DNA of 64,000 nt from Azolla caroliniana (Eukaryota; Plantae; Polypodiophyta), in contig JBHGNT010000007.1 in assembly GCA_043228905.1 (NCBI GenBank), forward strand, positions 18,786,001 to 18,850,000. The letters run 5' to 3'. This document shows positions 1-12,831 of this stretch, piece by piece. Position 1 is the first letter of the stretch; each line of letters opens with the position of its first letter. The notes under the pieces were generated by a model. The model was not told the DNA's origin. It saw only the letters and a list, made by a program, of their open reading frames with translations, and did not search any database. The translations under genes were made by a program, and so were the position numbers.

Positions 1-2279
1 TTTACCGTGCCAAAGACCCCATAACTAAACGGGTTGGCCGAGAGGATGAACCGGACCATAATGGAGAGGGTCCGGAGTATGCTGGCGCATGCAAAATTAC
101 CCAAGACGTTTTGGGCTGAGGCGCTGTCGACAGCGACGTATGTGATAAACAAATCACTCTCAGTTCCCTTGGATGGAGACACACCACAGAAGGTGTGAAC
201 CGGTAAGGAAGTGTCCTACCGGCATCTGAAGTTGTTCGGGTGTCTCGCGTATGTGCATGTTGCTAAGGACCGGAGAGGAAAGTTGGATCCAAAGACCCGA
301 CCATGCATATTCCTCGGATACAGCGATGATAAGTTCGGCTACCGAGTGTGGGATCCGGTTGACAAGAAGGCTTTCTGGAGCCGAGATATTATCTTCATGG
401 AGGACAAGACTCTTGCCGACTGGGAATCAGAGAAGAAGATAATGAACTCCGATGAGATTCTGACCCACTCGGCTAAGAGCCGGTTGACACTCGAGGAACT
501 AGCTGGTTACGGTGAGGATACGAAACCGGCAGAAGAAGAAGTAGAGGAAGCTGAAATCGGAACCGGCCAAGACCCCGAATCGGATTCGGATGAAGAACAA
601 ATAGTGGCATCGGTTGCCAAAAGCCAAAGAAGGAGATATCCTCTCAAAGAGAGAAGGGCCCCCCAGAGATTTCCGGATGCAGAGCATGTGTTGCTGACCG
701 ATGAGGGAGAGCCGGAAAGCTTCGAAGAAGCGAAGAATGACACCCACAACCGCAAATGGTTAAGTGCCATGCAGGATGAGATGGATTCCCTGCATGAGAA
801 CCATACGCACGAATTGGTGGAGTTGCCGAAAGAAAAGCGGGCACTCCGAAATAAGTGGGTGTACAAGTTGAAACCGGGAGATGCTGGCAAACCCCCCAGA
901 TACAAAGCCAGGATCGTGGTGAAGGGGTTCCAACAGAAGAAGGGTGTGGACTTCGACGAGATATTTTCCCCGGTAGTAAAGATGACCTCCATCCGGACGG
1001 TGCTGAGTATAGCGGCAAGCATGGACCTCAAGGTAGAGCAGTTAGACGTGAAGACGACATTCCTTCACGGTGACCTCGAAGAGGAGATCTATATGCAGCA
1101 ACCGGAAGGATTCGTGGAGAAAGGGAAGGAGCACCTGGTTTGCCGATTGAAGAAGAGCTTGTACGGACTAAAGCAGGCTCCCCAACAGTGGTACCGGAAA
1201 TTCGACCCTTCATGACCAATCAAGGGTACCACAAGACACAGGCTGATCACTGCGTGTTTGTGAAGAAGTTCGAAGGAGGTGACTTCCTGATACTCCTTCT
1301 GTACGTGGACGACATGTTGATCGTTGGACGGGACCAAGCCAAAATACGGATGCTGAAGAAGGCTCTCAATCGAACCTTCGCAATGAAAGACTTGGGCCCG
1401 GCAAGACAAATACTGGGGATGCACATCATCCGGGACCGGTCAAAGAAGCAATTGTGGTTGTCACAAGAGAAATACGTGACAAAGGTACTTCAGCGGTTCA
1501 ACATGTTAGAAGCAAAACCGGTCGGATCGACACTACCGGCAAACTGCAGACTATCCGGTAAGCAAAGCCCGAAGACGAAAGCAGAGAAGGCTGATATGAT
1601 GAAGGTTCCATATGCCTCTACCGTCGAGAGGTTGATGTACACAATGGTGTGTACTCAGTCGGATATTGGATACGCAGTCGGAGTGGTGAGCCGGTTTATG
1701 AGCAATCCCGGCAAGGAGCACTGGAACGCGGTCAAATGGATACTCCGGTACCTGAAGGGCACTTCGAATATGTGTCTCCGATTTGGCTCTGGTAAACCTC
1801 AACTTGACAGTTTTACCGATTCAGACGTGTCGGCTGATGTGGACACCAGCCGGTCTACATCCGGGTATGTAATGACATATGCAGGGGGAGCTGTTTCGTG
1901 GCAGTCGAGGCTGCTGAAGACGGTTGCATTGTCAACCACAGAGGCGGAGTACATGGCGGTTGTGGAAGCTGGCAAGGAAATATTATGGATGAAGGACTTC
2001 ATCGGAGAGCTCGGTATCCGGCAAGATGAATACCGGCTCTGTTTCGACGGTCAAAGTGCCATCCACCTTGCTAAGAACGCAGCGTACCATTCCAAGACGA
2101 AGCACATCCAGCGTAGGTATCACTGGATCCGGGAGCGAGTAGAAGATCGAGAGTTCGCGCTGACGAAGATCCACACGGCTGAGAATGGGTCAGATATGTT
2201 GACCAAAGTACTGATACCCGACAAGCTGGATGCATGTCGGAAGCGGATCGGACTAGTACGACATCCCATGCCGGAGTGA
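1..2279 (+). mobile_element. Ty1/copia retrotransposon A, 3' part of pol (integrase C-term, RT, RNase H), one frameshift near 1210; runs off the left edge
   Basis: ORFs 211-1215 and 1140-2279: KLDPKTRPCIFLGY, RYKARIVVKGFQQKKGVDFDEIFSPVVK, QLDVKTTFLHG, LLLYVDDMLI, STSGY..GGAVSWQS, ALSTTEAEY, KHIQRRYHWIR; purine tract GAAGGGGAAG at the stop. Confidence 0.97.
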
Positions 2280-2289
2280 AGGGGAAGTT

Positions 2290-2556
2290 TGTTAGGAAAC
2301 AGGTCCCTCCGGATGGGATGTGAGAACCGGATGTGGAGTACCCGGCAACGGAAGACCCGGTGAGAACCGAATAACGAGTACCCGGCAAGGAAGGCCCAGT
2401 GAGAACCAGATGACGAGTGCCCAACAAGCGCCGGATGATGCAGGCCCGATGAGGAGTGCTCACCGGATGAAGGGACATATTCGTAAATATGTTTCTGAGA
2501 GTCCATTGGGGCTATATTTGTAAATAGCCGAAAAGTCATATTAGTATAAATATGAC
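2290..2556 (+). repeat. Truncated 3' LTR of copia A
   Basis: Starts TGTTAGG right after the PPT; collinear with the reverse complement of the solo LTR at 27515-28182 up to ...AAATATGAC, then switches to protease-region coding sequence. Confidence 0.85.
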
Positions 2557-5500
2557 ACGTCGGAGAAGTCCCTTTGAGCCACGTCGGATAGAGGGGGAAG
2601 TTGATGAACGTATTACACGTTCCGACCATCACGAAGAACCTGGTGTCGGTTGGACAGATTGTCGACCAGGGGATGCAAGTGCGGTTTACGCACCTCGGGT
2701 GCTTCATCGGGGAAGAGGGCCAAATCATTGTGCAAGGGCGCAGAGATGAGAGGATGTTTATCCTCGACACCAATGACGTCGACACCACTTTGTTCGCCAA
2801 AGGACAGAAGATTGAATCGGATATCGATCTCTGGCACAAGCGGATTGGCCACGTCAATTACTAGAGGCCTCAAGACTTGCAAACGAAACAAGTTGTTTTC
2901 GGTTTGTTGAAGTTTAGTGGCCGGAAGGCCCAAGTATGTGAAGCCTGCCAACTGGGGAAGCCACACCGGCTTACATTCCCCATTGAACGAAATCGGAGCC
3001 GCAACAAGCTCGATCTAATCCATTCGGATGTATGGCGATCGGCACAAAATGTGAGTCTTGGCGGAAGTCGATATTTCATCTCCTTCATCGATGACTACAG
3101 CTAGCACACATGGATCTACCTCATTGAGCGGAAGAGCGAAGTCTTCGAGTGTTTCCGGAACCTGCAAAGACTGGTTGAACGAGAAACGGAGAGGAAGATC
3201 AAGTGCCTGCGGTCGGATGGCGGAAAAGAATATTTTTCTAGCCAATTCAACAGTTATCTACAGCAAAAAGGAATTCGGAGAGAGTTTAGCTGCAGATACA
3301 CACTGGAGCAAAACGGTGTGGCCGAGAGGAGGAACCGGTCGCTTATCGACGCGGCAAGGGCAATGCTGGAGGAGAAGAACATGCCCCATTTATACTGGGC
3401 TGAGGCGGTTCGGACGACCGTCTATATCCAAAACCGGATCGGTGACAAGGTGTCTGTGCATGAGCTGTATTTCGGGCACAAGCCAAATCTGAGACACCTT
3501 CGGATATTCGGTAGTATTGCATATATGCATGTGCCAAATGAGAAGCGGAGGAAGTTGGATGCAAAGTCGGAAAAATGCATCTTGGTCGGTTACTCGCATG
3601 AGCAAAAGGGGTACAAGTGCTATAACCCCCGAACAAAGCAGGTCCGAGTTAGCCGGGATGTTGAGTTTGATGAGACGGCATCATGGTATCCCTTACCGGC
3701 TCCAACTTCCAACCCCGACCCAATACCAGAGGATGAGGCTAGTGAGCCTGAACCGGTCTAGTTAGAAGACGAAGGGTTTGAGACTCTAGATGAGAGTCCA
3801 AAATTGTTTCGGTTGAGCGGGCCGAACGAACGGCTGAGTTGGGATGACTAGTCGGATGAGGAACCGGCGAGTAGTGGAGACTCTACCGTGATCTCCCCTC
3901 GCAAGGAACCGAGGAGACGGTTCACGCACAAGGAAAAGGGGAAGAAGAAGATGTCGGAATACAAAACCGGCAACATTGAGTCAGATTGAAGCGAATCCAA
4001 CTCCGGAAAGGATGAAGGCGGATCTTCGGCAATGAAGATCGAACCGGCCAAGAAGGGCCTCAAACTGGGTAATGATAAGTTACGCCGGTCTTCCCGCCAG
4101 AAGAACCCCGTGAAGCGGTATGGGTAGAATGAGTACATGGCACATCACTATGTGTACATGACCAAGGTGGCGGAAGTGCGTGAGCCGGAGAGCTACGCAG
4201 AAGCGGCAAAGGACGCGAATTGGCGTGTCGCTATGGAGGAAGAAATGCGGGCACTTGCTGCCAACGACACATGGGACCTAGTTGACCCTCCCCGACATTG
4301 TAAACCGATCGGATGTAAGTGGGTGTACAAGGTAAAGTACAATGCCGACGGTTCGATTAACCGGTACAAGGCCCGGTTAGTGGCGAAGGGATACGCGCAG
4401 ACCCACGGAATCGACTACGACGAGACCTGCTCTCCGGTAGCAAAGATGATGACGGTTCGTGTGGTGGTGGCGGTTGTTGCGGCAAGGGGGTGGCATCTTC
4501 ACCAAATGGACGTGAAGAATGCATTTCTTCAAGGAGATCTTGAAGAAAAGGTCTTTATGACCCAACCCCCCGATTTCTAGTCGGAGATGAACAAGTCGGC
4601 AGTATGCCGGCTGAAGAAGTCACTTTATGGCCTGAAGCAAGCCCCCCGAGCTTGGAATGCGAAGATCACGCATCGGTTGCGTAAGATGGGGTTTGTTGCC
4701 TCCAAGTCCGACTCTTCGTTGTTCTTTCGGCAAGATCCAGACGGTCTGGTTTGCATCTTGTTGTATGTTGATGATCTAGTCATCACCAGACCCAGCCTCA
4801 ATGACATCCGCTGAGTCAAGTCCCAGTTGTCGGACACATTTGAGATGAAGTACCTAGGGGACCTTCACTATTTCCTTGGGATCGAGGTGATCCGAACCCC
4901 CGACGACATAGTGCTCTCACAAAGACACTATGTGTTGAATATGTTGTACAAGTTCGGCATGACAGAATGGTGACCGATCTCCATACCCCTGGATCGAAAC
5001 CAGAAGCTCCGTCCGGACTCTGGACCGGCCTGCGATGAGAAGCGGTTCCGATAGATCATCGGAAGCCTCATATATTTGACAATCACCCGACCCGACATCA
5101 GTTATCCGATCGGCATGATCAACCAATATCTGCAGAAGCCGACCATGGAGCACCTTCTGTGTGCGCATCGAATTTTGCGATATGCGAGCGGCACGAAGGA
5201 TCGGGGACTGTTATACCGGCATGGTATAACCGAAGAGGTAGTCGGCTACACCGATGTTGACTGGGTTGGCGATGCATCAGATCGCCGATTCACCTTCGGC
5301 TATATGTTTTTCCTTGGTGGCGCGGTTGTTGCGTGGAGCAACAAAAAGCAGCCAACAGAGGCCCTTTCGAGCACTGAGGGTGAATATTGGGGCGCTACCG
5401 TTGCCACATGTGGAGCCATTTGGTTTCGGCGACTGCTGCAAGAACTGTGGATCGAGGTGCCGACCCCAATCTTGATCTACTACGATAACATAAGCAACAT

Positions 5501-6197
5501 GCAGCTCGCCAACCCATGCTCGCACAAAGCACATAGAAGTGCACTACCACTTCGTGCGTGAGCGTGTTATGAGCGGTGAAGTTGAACTTCGGTATGTTCA
5601 TACGAGTCGGCAAGTTTCCGACATCTTCACCAAACCGCTCGGATCGGACAAGTTGCAACACTTCACCGAAATGCTTGGTGTTCAGCATCTCGACGTGCCA
5701 AAGACACCGGGACGGGCAAAGGCAAAGAAACTACCGATTGCGTCGGTGAGGGAAGAACTGACAAAGGGGGAGACAAGAAGAAGGCCGATGTGGTGAAGGG
5801 CCTGGAACCGGAAGACGAATCGGGAGCGACCGATTCGGACAAGATCTGGAACAAATCAGAGACAACTGATTCGGTTCAACAGACGGATTCGGAAGAACCG
5901 GATCAATTGAAGGCCAAGCGGACGAGAAGGTAGCGGACGTCAACGCCAACACGAAGGAACCGGCGGGTTGACAAGCGCCGAAGTCACAGCAGCAAGGGAG
6001 CTGAATTGGGCCTGTTGAGCAGACAAGTCGACCAAGGAGGACGAGGTGCACAGAATCCGAAGGGTCGCGGCAAACGGAACCGGACCAGACGAGGAGCACG
6101 AGCGAGGCAGAGTGACACCAGAAGGAATCAGGTGGAAGGCCCGACTGCCATGGAAATTGACACTACGATCCGACCTCAAGTTGAGCTTAAGGGGGAG
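2557..6197 (+). mobile_element. Ty1/copia retrotransposon B internal region (protease end, GAG-pre, integrase, RT, RNase H), pseudogenised
   Basis: NVLHVPTITKNLVSVGQ, LWHKRIGH, CEACQLGK, LIHSDVW, QNGVAERRNR, RYKARLVAKGYAQTHGIDY, HQMDVKNAFL, LLYVDDL; many in-frame TAG/TGA; PPT GAGCTTAAGGGGGAG just before 6198. Confidence 0.95.
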
Positions 6198-6623
6198 TGT
6201 TGAGCGGCAAGCTCAACTGGATCCGGATCGGCTGAATAAGCCTGAGCCAGATCAGTATCCGGAAGGATGAGCCGGATCGGTGAGCCGGTGAGTTGGGGAG
6301 CCGGTTAGCTGGATCCAGTAGTAACTGGAAGCCTAGTAGCAGCCTAGACTACTAGATAGTTAATGACTCGTAGTTAGTGTCAGACGCTCGTGTGAGCATT
6401 GAAGTACACAGTGCTTTTCTCAATCCTCTTAGGACTCATATAAATAATGATGTTGAGCACGTTGTATGTACAGAGAATTATTATTGTTTTGAAATAGATT
6501 TTTAACGTTCTGCTTTCTCTGTCTCTCCCGTGTACACTCTGTTTGTTCAATCTCCCTCTCTCTCTCTTTGTTGTTATCCAGCAAGGCCGGTTTGTCTAAC
6601 GCTTCCGCACATAATCTCTTACA
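6198..6623 (+). repeat. 3' LTR of copia B
   Basis: TGTTGAGC start directly after the PPT, TATAAATA inside, ends ...CTCTTACA where composition switches to AT-rich host DNA. Confidence 0.85.
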
Positions 6624-6988
6624 ATTGATATTAATTATATAGTGATCGCCATTTCTATCATATGTTCCTCAATGGTAGTAATAGAAATAATTATAAACTG
6701 CGCATCAAAAAATATATGCAATACGTGCCAAACATTTGATTCATTCATAAGTGCTTAAGTCCTCGATGTTGGCTAAATTAATATTTTTTGTTAACATATG
6801 AAAATTGAAATTTTGTTTTGTTTAAATAAAATAGTTTGCCTTGAGATTGACCCATTACAAGTTGTGACTTTTGTTTGGTTTTATTGCCGGCTAATCAAAA
6901 TTTCAAGAGGCATATCCAAATGTTACTAGCATCGAAGCTTATCATGAATCAATAGCTATTAAAGCTTTCCATCTGCCATTTTGTAGCA

Positions 6989-7176
6989 ATGCATTGGCTA
7001 TAAATGCATTTCTACGGAATCTTCCATGAGAAACCAACTCTCTCATAAAATAAAATAAAGCTTCATTTATGCTTATGGCCCTATGCATTGGCTATAAATG
7101 CATTTCTACAAAAACTTCCAGGAGAAACCAACTCTCTCATAAAATAAAATAAAGCTTCATTTATACTTGTGGCCCT
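6989..7176. repeat. Tandem duplication, 2 x ~94 bp
   Basis: ATGCATTGGCTATAAATGCATTTCTAC...GAGAAACCAACTCTCTCATAAAATAAAATAAAGCTTCATTTAT starts at 6989 and again at 7083. Confidence 0.9.
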
Positions 7177-8306
7177 TATCACACTAAACAAGACCAAATT
7201 TGAAAAAGTTACATTGCGACAAATGCTTTAAAGCTTGGTAGGGTATACCGTATGTAGAATAGAGTGGATTGGATCTCTAATATGAACATAATGTTTAATA
7301 GTGACATATATGTAGAAATATCAACTTTGTACAATTAGATGTTTTCTTTCCAATGGTGGATTACACCATTTTTCTATAACATTATGTGGGTTACTATGTG
7401 AATTTTACATTTGTTCCTCTTAAAGCTTTCTATAATATGTATTGGTATCTATCCATATGTGTGTGGATTTATGAAACAATATCCTATATTTATGCTTTTA
7501 AACAACAAATAAAAACTCTAGGATGTCAATGAACTTGCCAAGTTAGAAAATTTCCATTCCAATTAAGATGCATGTGTTTTCAAAATACATGTTTTACAAT
7601 TAAGTTAGAATGTGTGTGGATAACCATAACTAGAATGTAATAGGCCAATTGTTAGCGACTACATAAATATTCTATAAACGATGCATTGTGGGAGAGCGCA
7701 AAGATTGTAGAAAAAAGAGATCACGATTGAAAGCACAATGTCAAAACATTTAGTTTACATTCATTAGATTCCTTTTTTGTTCAAATTCACATATTATATA
7801 TATATAAATAGAACATTGCACTGACGTCAGATCTAAAACTTTGAAATAAATGAGTGTGCATTCTACACGTTCTTCATTATTTTAGCTTTGTTCATGCACA
7901 TTGATAAATGGATGTGCATTCTAATGGCTTTATAATAATATTGATAATAATAGAGTTTCCACAATACAAAGAGTGAAAACCATGAAACCTATTGTTCCTC
8001 CCACACATAGTGTTGTTTAGGCCATTGCTCAACACAAGGATATCATAAGAATGACATATATATTTTGCTCCATTGTTAGTTCATTGTTTGTAATGATCAC
8101 ATACAACAACAATATGGCTTACACTCTTCATTGTTCGTTCATCGTTTGTAATGATCACATATTTTTATTGTTCACATAGAGTGCTAATAGATAGGGACAA
8201 CGATGATGGAATACTATTAAGAGATATATATTTGGTAAAAAATTCAACATCCTACAAATGCATTGGGCAAACGTGATGTTGATGTCTTATGGGTGAATGT
8301 ATGGAA

Positions 8307-8403
8307 GATCTATATGCTAAGTGTGGAGTCTTAGAGAAAGTACATGAATTGTTTGATATGTTTCTAATTCGAAAGATAGTCTCCTGCAATGTTCTCATTA
8401 CAG
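8307..8403 (+). pseudogene. PPR gene remnant (one S/P motif junction)
   Basis: Hand translation DLYAKCGVLEKVHELFDMFLIRKIVSCNVLIT, compared with [32 protein letters not shown] in the intact PPR at 51-53 kb; no long ORF. Confidence 0.7.
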
Positions 8404-9387
8404 TTCAGTGTTTAAGCCAATGGTCACATGAGATGGAAAGAAGATCCTTGTAGGTGTTCACCGTTCTTTGTAGTTTTATACTGTGAGTCTTTGTAGTTTT
8501 TAAATTTGATCTATCACGGCTACAACCTTTATAAGGTTGTCAGTCTAATCATTTTGCCATGTAGGTACAATTTATACTAATGAAGAATATGTTTTTGGTA
8601 AATGTATGGAAGATCTATGTGGAAATATGTTGAGATATATGCTTTATACCTAATTTATCACACCAAAAGTTTGCATGAGATTAGAAGCCTAATCTATTAC
8701 ATATTTCCATGTAATTGTTATACATTTATACATACTTTGGTGATGTTTCATCAGTATTTGCATGAAATAAATATTACATAGTATGATCAAGAGATTAAGA
8801 AGCCTATATTATGATTGTTCAAGAGAATAAGTAGAACTGTTATGCAAAAAGTAATGCCCTCATGATTCATTAAAATGCAAGTTGATGTTTTGAACAACAT
8901 ATTTATGAAGGGAAGAGAATCCAAGTGATAGATATTGATCCCTACACAATTCCTAAAGATTTGTCAAAAATGACACTCAGAACAATCAATAAAAGTAAAC
9001 TTTTTGGAAAGAAATGTGGTTACTAGATTCACAATACATGAGTTTAATAGAAAAAAGATAGTAGGCAAGAATATGAAATCATTCTAAACAACAATAACAT
9101 TATCTAATATTATTATTCAATCAAACCAATATTCTCATGACGATAGTACAACAAGAGATTCCATCCCAAAAGCACCATGTATCTTTGGCTCTATACATTA
9201 CATAAGACAATTTACGGTAGCCAATTACATTATATACAAATATATTCACTATCATGCCTTTGTAAACCTTTAAAATTTAAATGTGCGCACGTGCTGATTT
9301 TTTATTACCATTATTGATTTAATATGCTTACATTAATCGAGAAAACATTTTAAACTAATGGTAGTAAGAGTATGATGTATGTATTAA

Positions 9388-9972
9388 TTAGTTGTAAAGG
9401 TCACAATCAAAAGAAAGGGTCCAATGAGCAGGTAATGTTGTGTTAAGGTTCATGAGTTTCGAAACAATTGCTCCATGTGCAACAAGAAAGTCACCATTTC
9501 CACCTACAATCGCAAGGGTTGGATTTTGTAAGCGCTCATCTTCTTGCCCAATTACAACAAGAGATCCTGTAAATGGGCCCGAAGAAACCGTGGCCGTGAA
9601 TATGTGCAATAGGACGAAAGCTTGTTGTGAGTTGACCACCCATGAACCTTGTGCAACCCCAATTTGTGTAGAATCTCTAGAAGCACCTATGGTGATGGGT
9701 GACTCAAACATAGACCGAATGCCAAAGTTGTAAGGGTTGGATTGGGACAAGTTGAAGGGTCCCGTACTGTAGACAGCCTCGAAGGCAGAGTTTTTGACAA
9801 CGGCGGAATACATTTGGATGTGCATGTAGAAAATGAAGTTGGCAGGACCTTGTGGTGGCTTACGACGAGCTAACACCAACATTGTGGGATTAAATTGTGA
9901 CATCGATTGCAATAGGATTAAAGCCACCATCAATGGAAAGTAAGTCATCTTGATCATGTCAATCCCTGACAT
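9388..9972 (-). CDS. Dirigent(-like) protein, intronless, secreted
   Basis: Hydrophobic N-terminal signal; dirigent motifs FIFYMH, FG.RSMFESPITIG, IGVAQG, LAIVGGNGDFLVAHG; N-glyc sequons NLS/NTT; start may be ATG 9972 or 9957. Confidence 0.88.
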   Translation of the reverse strand: MSGIDMIKMTYFPLMVALILLQSMSQFNPTMLVLARRKPPQGPANFIFYMHIQMYSAVVKNSAFEAVYSTGPFNLSQSNPYNFGIRSMFESPITIGASRDSTQIGVAQGSWVVNSQQAFVLLHIFTATVSSGPFTGSLVVIGQEDERLQNPTLAIVGGNGDFLVAHGAIVSKLMNLNTTLPAHWTLSFDCDLYN

Positions 9973-10520
9973 CTTTGGTTTGGGATGCAATATTTTGGTT
10001 TAGGGCCGAGATTTAAGGATTTAGAACTTTGACGATTTTTTGGTTTTAGGGCTACAATAAATGGATATAAGTGTACCACTTTACATCTTTATGTATAATG
10101 TTGGTTGGTCTTAATTGGCCCATGAAATAGTGTTCACACGTTAATACTTAGATTTTTTTCTACCACCTAATATTGTGACTTTGTCACATGCTCCAACATT
10201 CTTGAGATTAGATTCTTTCTATACAATTATCATAAATTTCCTTATTGAATATGATGGCTTGTAAAATACATAATACATGATGGAAGGAAATACACCCTCA
10301 CAATCATATGAAGGCTCCTAGGTTATTTATGGAATCCACATATTGTCTTTCAAAATTAAGCACAATAATTGTGGTAAGAAAAGGTCAGAAATCAGTTGCT
10401 ATACTACATTATTATTTGTTAAACATATTATTCTAAAATTAAAAAAGCATTTCGAAACTATTTGTTAAGTCATGTTTTATAAACATGAGTTGAGTTTGTT
10501 GTGACAATGCAAGAAAAATC

Positions 10521-11990
10521 ATACGATGGAATCTTGATTAAGTCATTCAACCATCGAGGGACACATATGTTAAACCCATTGAACACAAAAAATGTATGCA
10601 ATGAAATTGCAATTAATCATCCACGTAACCTGAAGGCTTTGGTCAATCTAGCATTATCAACTATTAGATATAGTTAATGATAACCTCCAAGTTGTCAGAT
10701 TATCCTCATATGTATTCTTCGAGTGCACATTTTGTGTTAAGTAATATTAGCACAACTTAGCTCTAGATACCTACTTACATTATGTAGAAAGTAAGAGAGG
10801 ATATGTATGTAGTCTCATATTCTTGAACTCGACCAAGGAGTGATTCCCCGATTTATATACTCGTATAGTCTTTTGTAATAATCTTTCCTAATTGATGGGA
10901 AAGTAGGCCCTTTTTTGGAAAAAATGATAATAGTAGCAGTAACTATGTCTAGAGGGCTAGGTCAGATTAAATTAGAAGTCAATTATAGAAAAAGAATATC
11001 CCCACTACTATCAATTTACTTGCATGTTTAATGTAACAATAAGAAAAAAAACATAATATAATATATATGGTTTCTTTTTATCTTATAGTGAGACACTTTG
11101 ACTATTATCTATGACAAATCAATTTATAGACGAGATCCCATCTAAGTTCAAAGGTACGAGTGCACAAAAGGACAACAATTGTAATATACTCTCATGCATA
11201 ATAGAAAGTTCGGATTGACACACATATATATATCTCAATGAGTGTAACTCTATATGCCTATCTAGTCGATGCTCAATATTATCCTAGTTGGGTTGACGTT
11301 TGCATGATCGACCCACACAAGTTTTTCTAACATGATATAAAAGTTGAGACATTGATCTAGATTAAGACTATATAGGTAGCCATTGTCTAGCATAACACAT
11401 ACGCACACACACACATAGATTATGATCACATATGGAGAACAATGAACATCCCCTCATTTCCAAATTATTTTTGAGTTCTTGAGGTATTGGGGGCTATGGT
11501 TTAATTGAAGTATGTGGAACACCTTCACTTTTGATTTGCAAGTTGGGGTGAGAAATATATGTTTTAACGTTAAAAGGACGTCTTTGTGGCAAATTGACAG
11601 TGCTAGAGAAATCATGAAATCTCAATGAACTCTACAAGGTCACATATAATCATATTTGTCATTTGAAATTGTGTGTAGAGTGACATTGAGTTTGTAGTCA
11701 TAGTAGTATTTAGTTCCCTAGAAAGGAACTAAGTAAAAGAAAAAAGAAAAAAAGAGAGAGATTATGATCATGTTAATTGTTCCTTTGTAGGCATACAATG
11801 GGCTTTGGACCACATACGTCTCACCTCATATTTTTTTTAGGGCAAGGTGCAATGTCTCGAGTAATGCTTGATGGGGGAGTTACATCATATATTGCCCTCA
11901 TTAGATTTGTTCGTCACGGAAGCTCAATTAGCCCATTGTTGTCACTCATCAATTGTTGGCGATGTTATCAAATCTTGCAACTAAAGGTCA
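10521..11990. repeat. Direct repeat copy A (partner at 14717-15680)
   Basis: Collinear blocks, e.g. ATGGAATCTTGATTAAGTCA..CAACCATCGAGGGACA and GAGATCCCATCTAAGTTCAAAGGTACGAGTGCACAAAAGGACAA; copy A has extra blocks ~10750-10960 and ~11415-11755. Confidence 0.92.
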
Positions 11991-12410
11991 ACAAAATATG
12001 ATATCATTTTGTGAATAGGTATTCATATGGAGAGTCATGTTTGGTTGGCAACTGTTAGATTTAACCTTAAATAGATGAGGACTAGGGTTAGGTACCTACT
12101 TCTTTTGCACCATTCCATTGGGGGATAACACACATAGGTTCAATAAATGTCCTATAACGCATATAATTTGGAAGTACTTATCATATATTTGGAAAGTTTT
12201 AACCCCTTGCGATTTTGAGGCCTCAACAATGGGTTTTTGTTCAGTATGTTCAAAATGGTACAAATAACAAGGTGGATATATAGCTCCAACCTTTACGATA
12301 TTGGAAGGTAGAGGAGAGTCAGGACTAAGAAGTTGTAACAAGTGGGTTTTACATACAATTAATATAATTGTGTACTTTTAAAAGAGAGAGAGAGAGAGAC
12401 AATGCCCAAA

Positions 12411-12576
12411 TGGATGTACCTCAGTTGGTAAGGTTGCCCAATGGAGACCAGGTGGTCATGGGTTCAAACACGCATCTACGTTTACACCTCTACGCCTACA
12501 TATATGTCTACGTCTACATTTACGCATGTATCTACGAATACACATATGTCTACGTCTACAAATACGCATACGTCTA
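12411..12576 (+). mobile_element. tRNA-derived SINE-like head followed by a degenerate 6-bp (TACRYN) minisatellite
   Basis: A-box-like TACCTCAGTTGG (12417-12428) and B-box-like GGTTCAAAC (12461-12469) at tRNA-like spacing; then TACGTC/TACGCA/TACATA repeats. Confidence 0.5.
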
Positions 12577-12831
12577 AGCCTGGGGAGTTTCTAACTTTCC
12601 ATCACATTGGGCTCACATGTGAATAAGAAAGAAACCATGGCTTCTTACAATACAAAGGGACAGGGTAACCAACTTTACAACCCCCTAATCACATACAAAA
12701 AAAACAGAGTAACCCACTTTAACCCCCCCCCCCCCCCCTTAATCATATGCAAAAAACAGAGGAAACAGGAACAGAGGAGGCCCCAAGGAGCCTACCTATT
12801 ATTAACAGAGGAGGAGAAGGAGAAGGTGGAG

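Noticed and set aside
2310-2470. Regularly spaced GTGAGAACC repeats resembling a CRISPR array
   Set aside because: Degenerate U3 tandem repeats inside an LTR; eukaryotic context, no cas genes
11284-11315. Hairpin GGGTTGA..TCGACCC next to CTAG as a Helitron 3' end
   Set aside because: Hairpin-CTAG spacing is only 2 nt, the following base is not T, and it lies mid-repeat
12368-12626. YVYVY / STSTNTH ORFs
   Set aside because: Translations of the 6-bp minisatellite
12607-12831. N-terminal 75 aa of the 620-aa ORF call
   Set aside because: Begins at TTG and runs through a poly-C tract and low-complexity sequence; more likely 5' UTR, though ATG 12637 cannot be excluded
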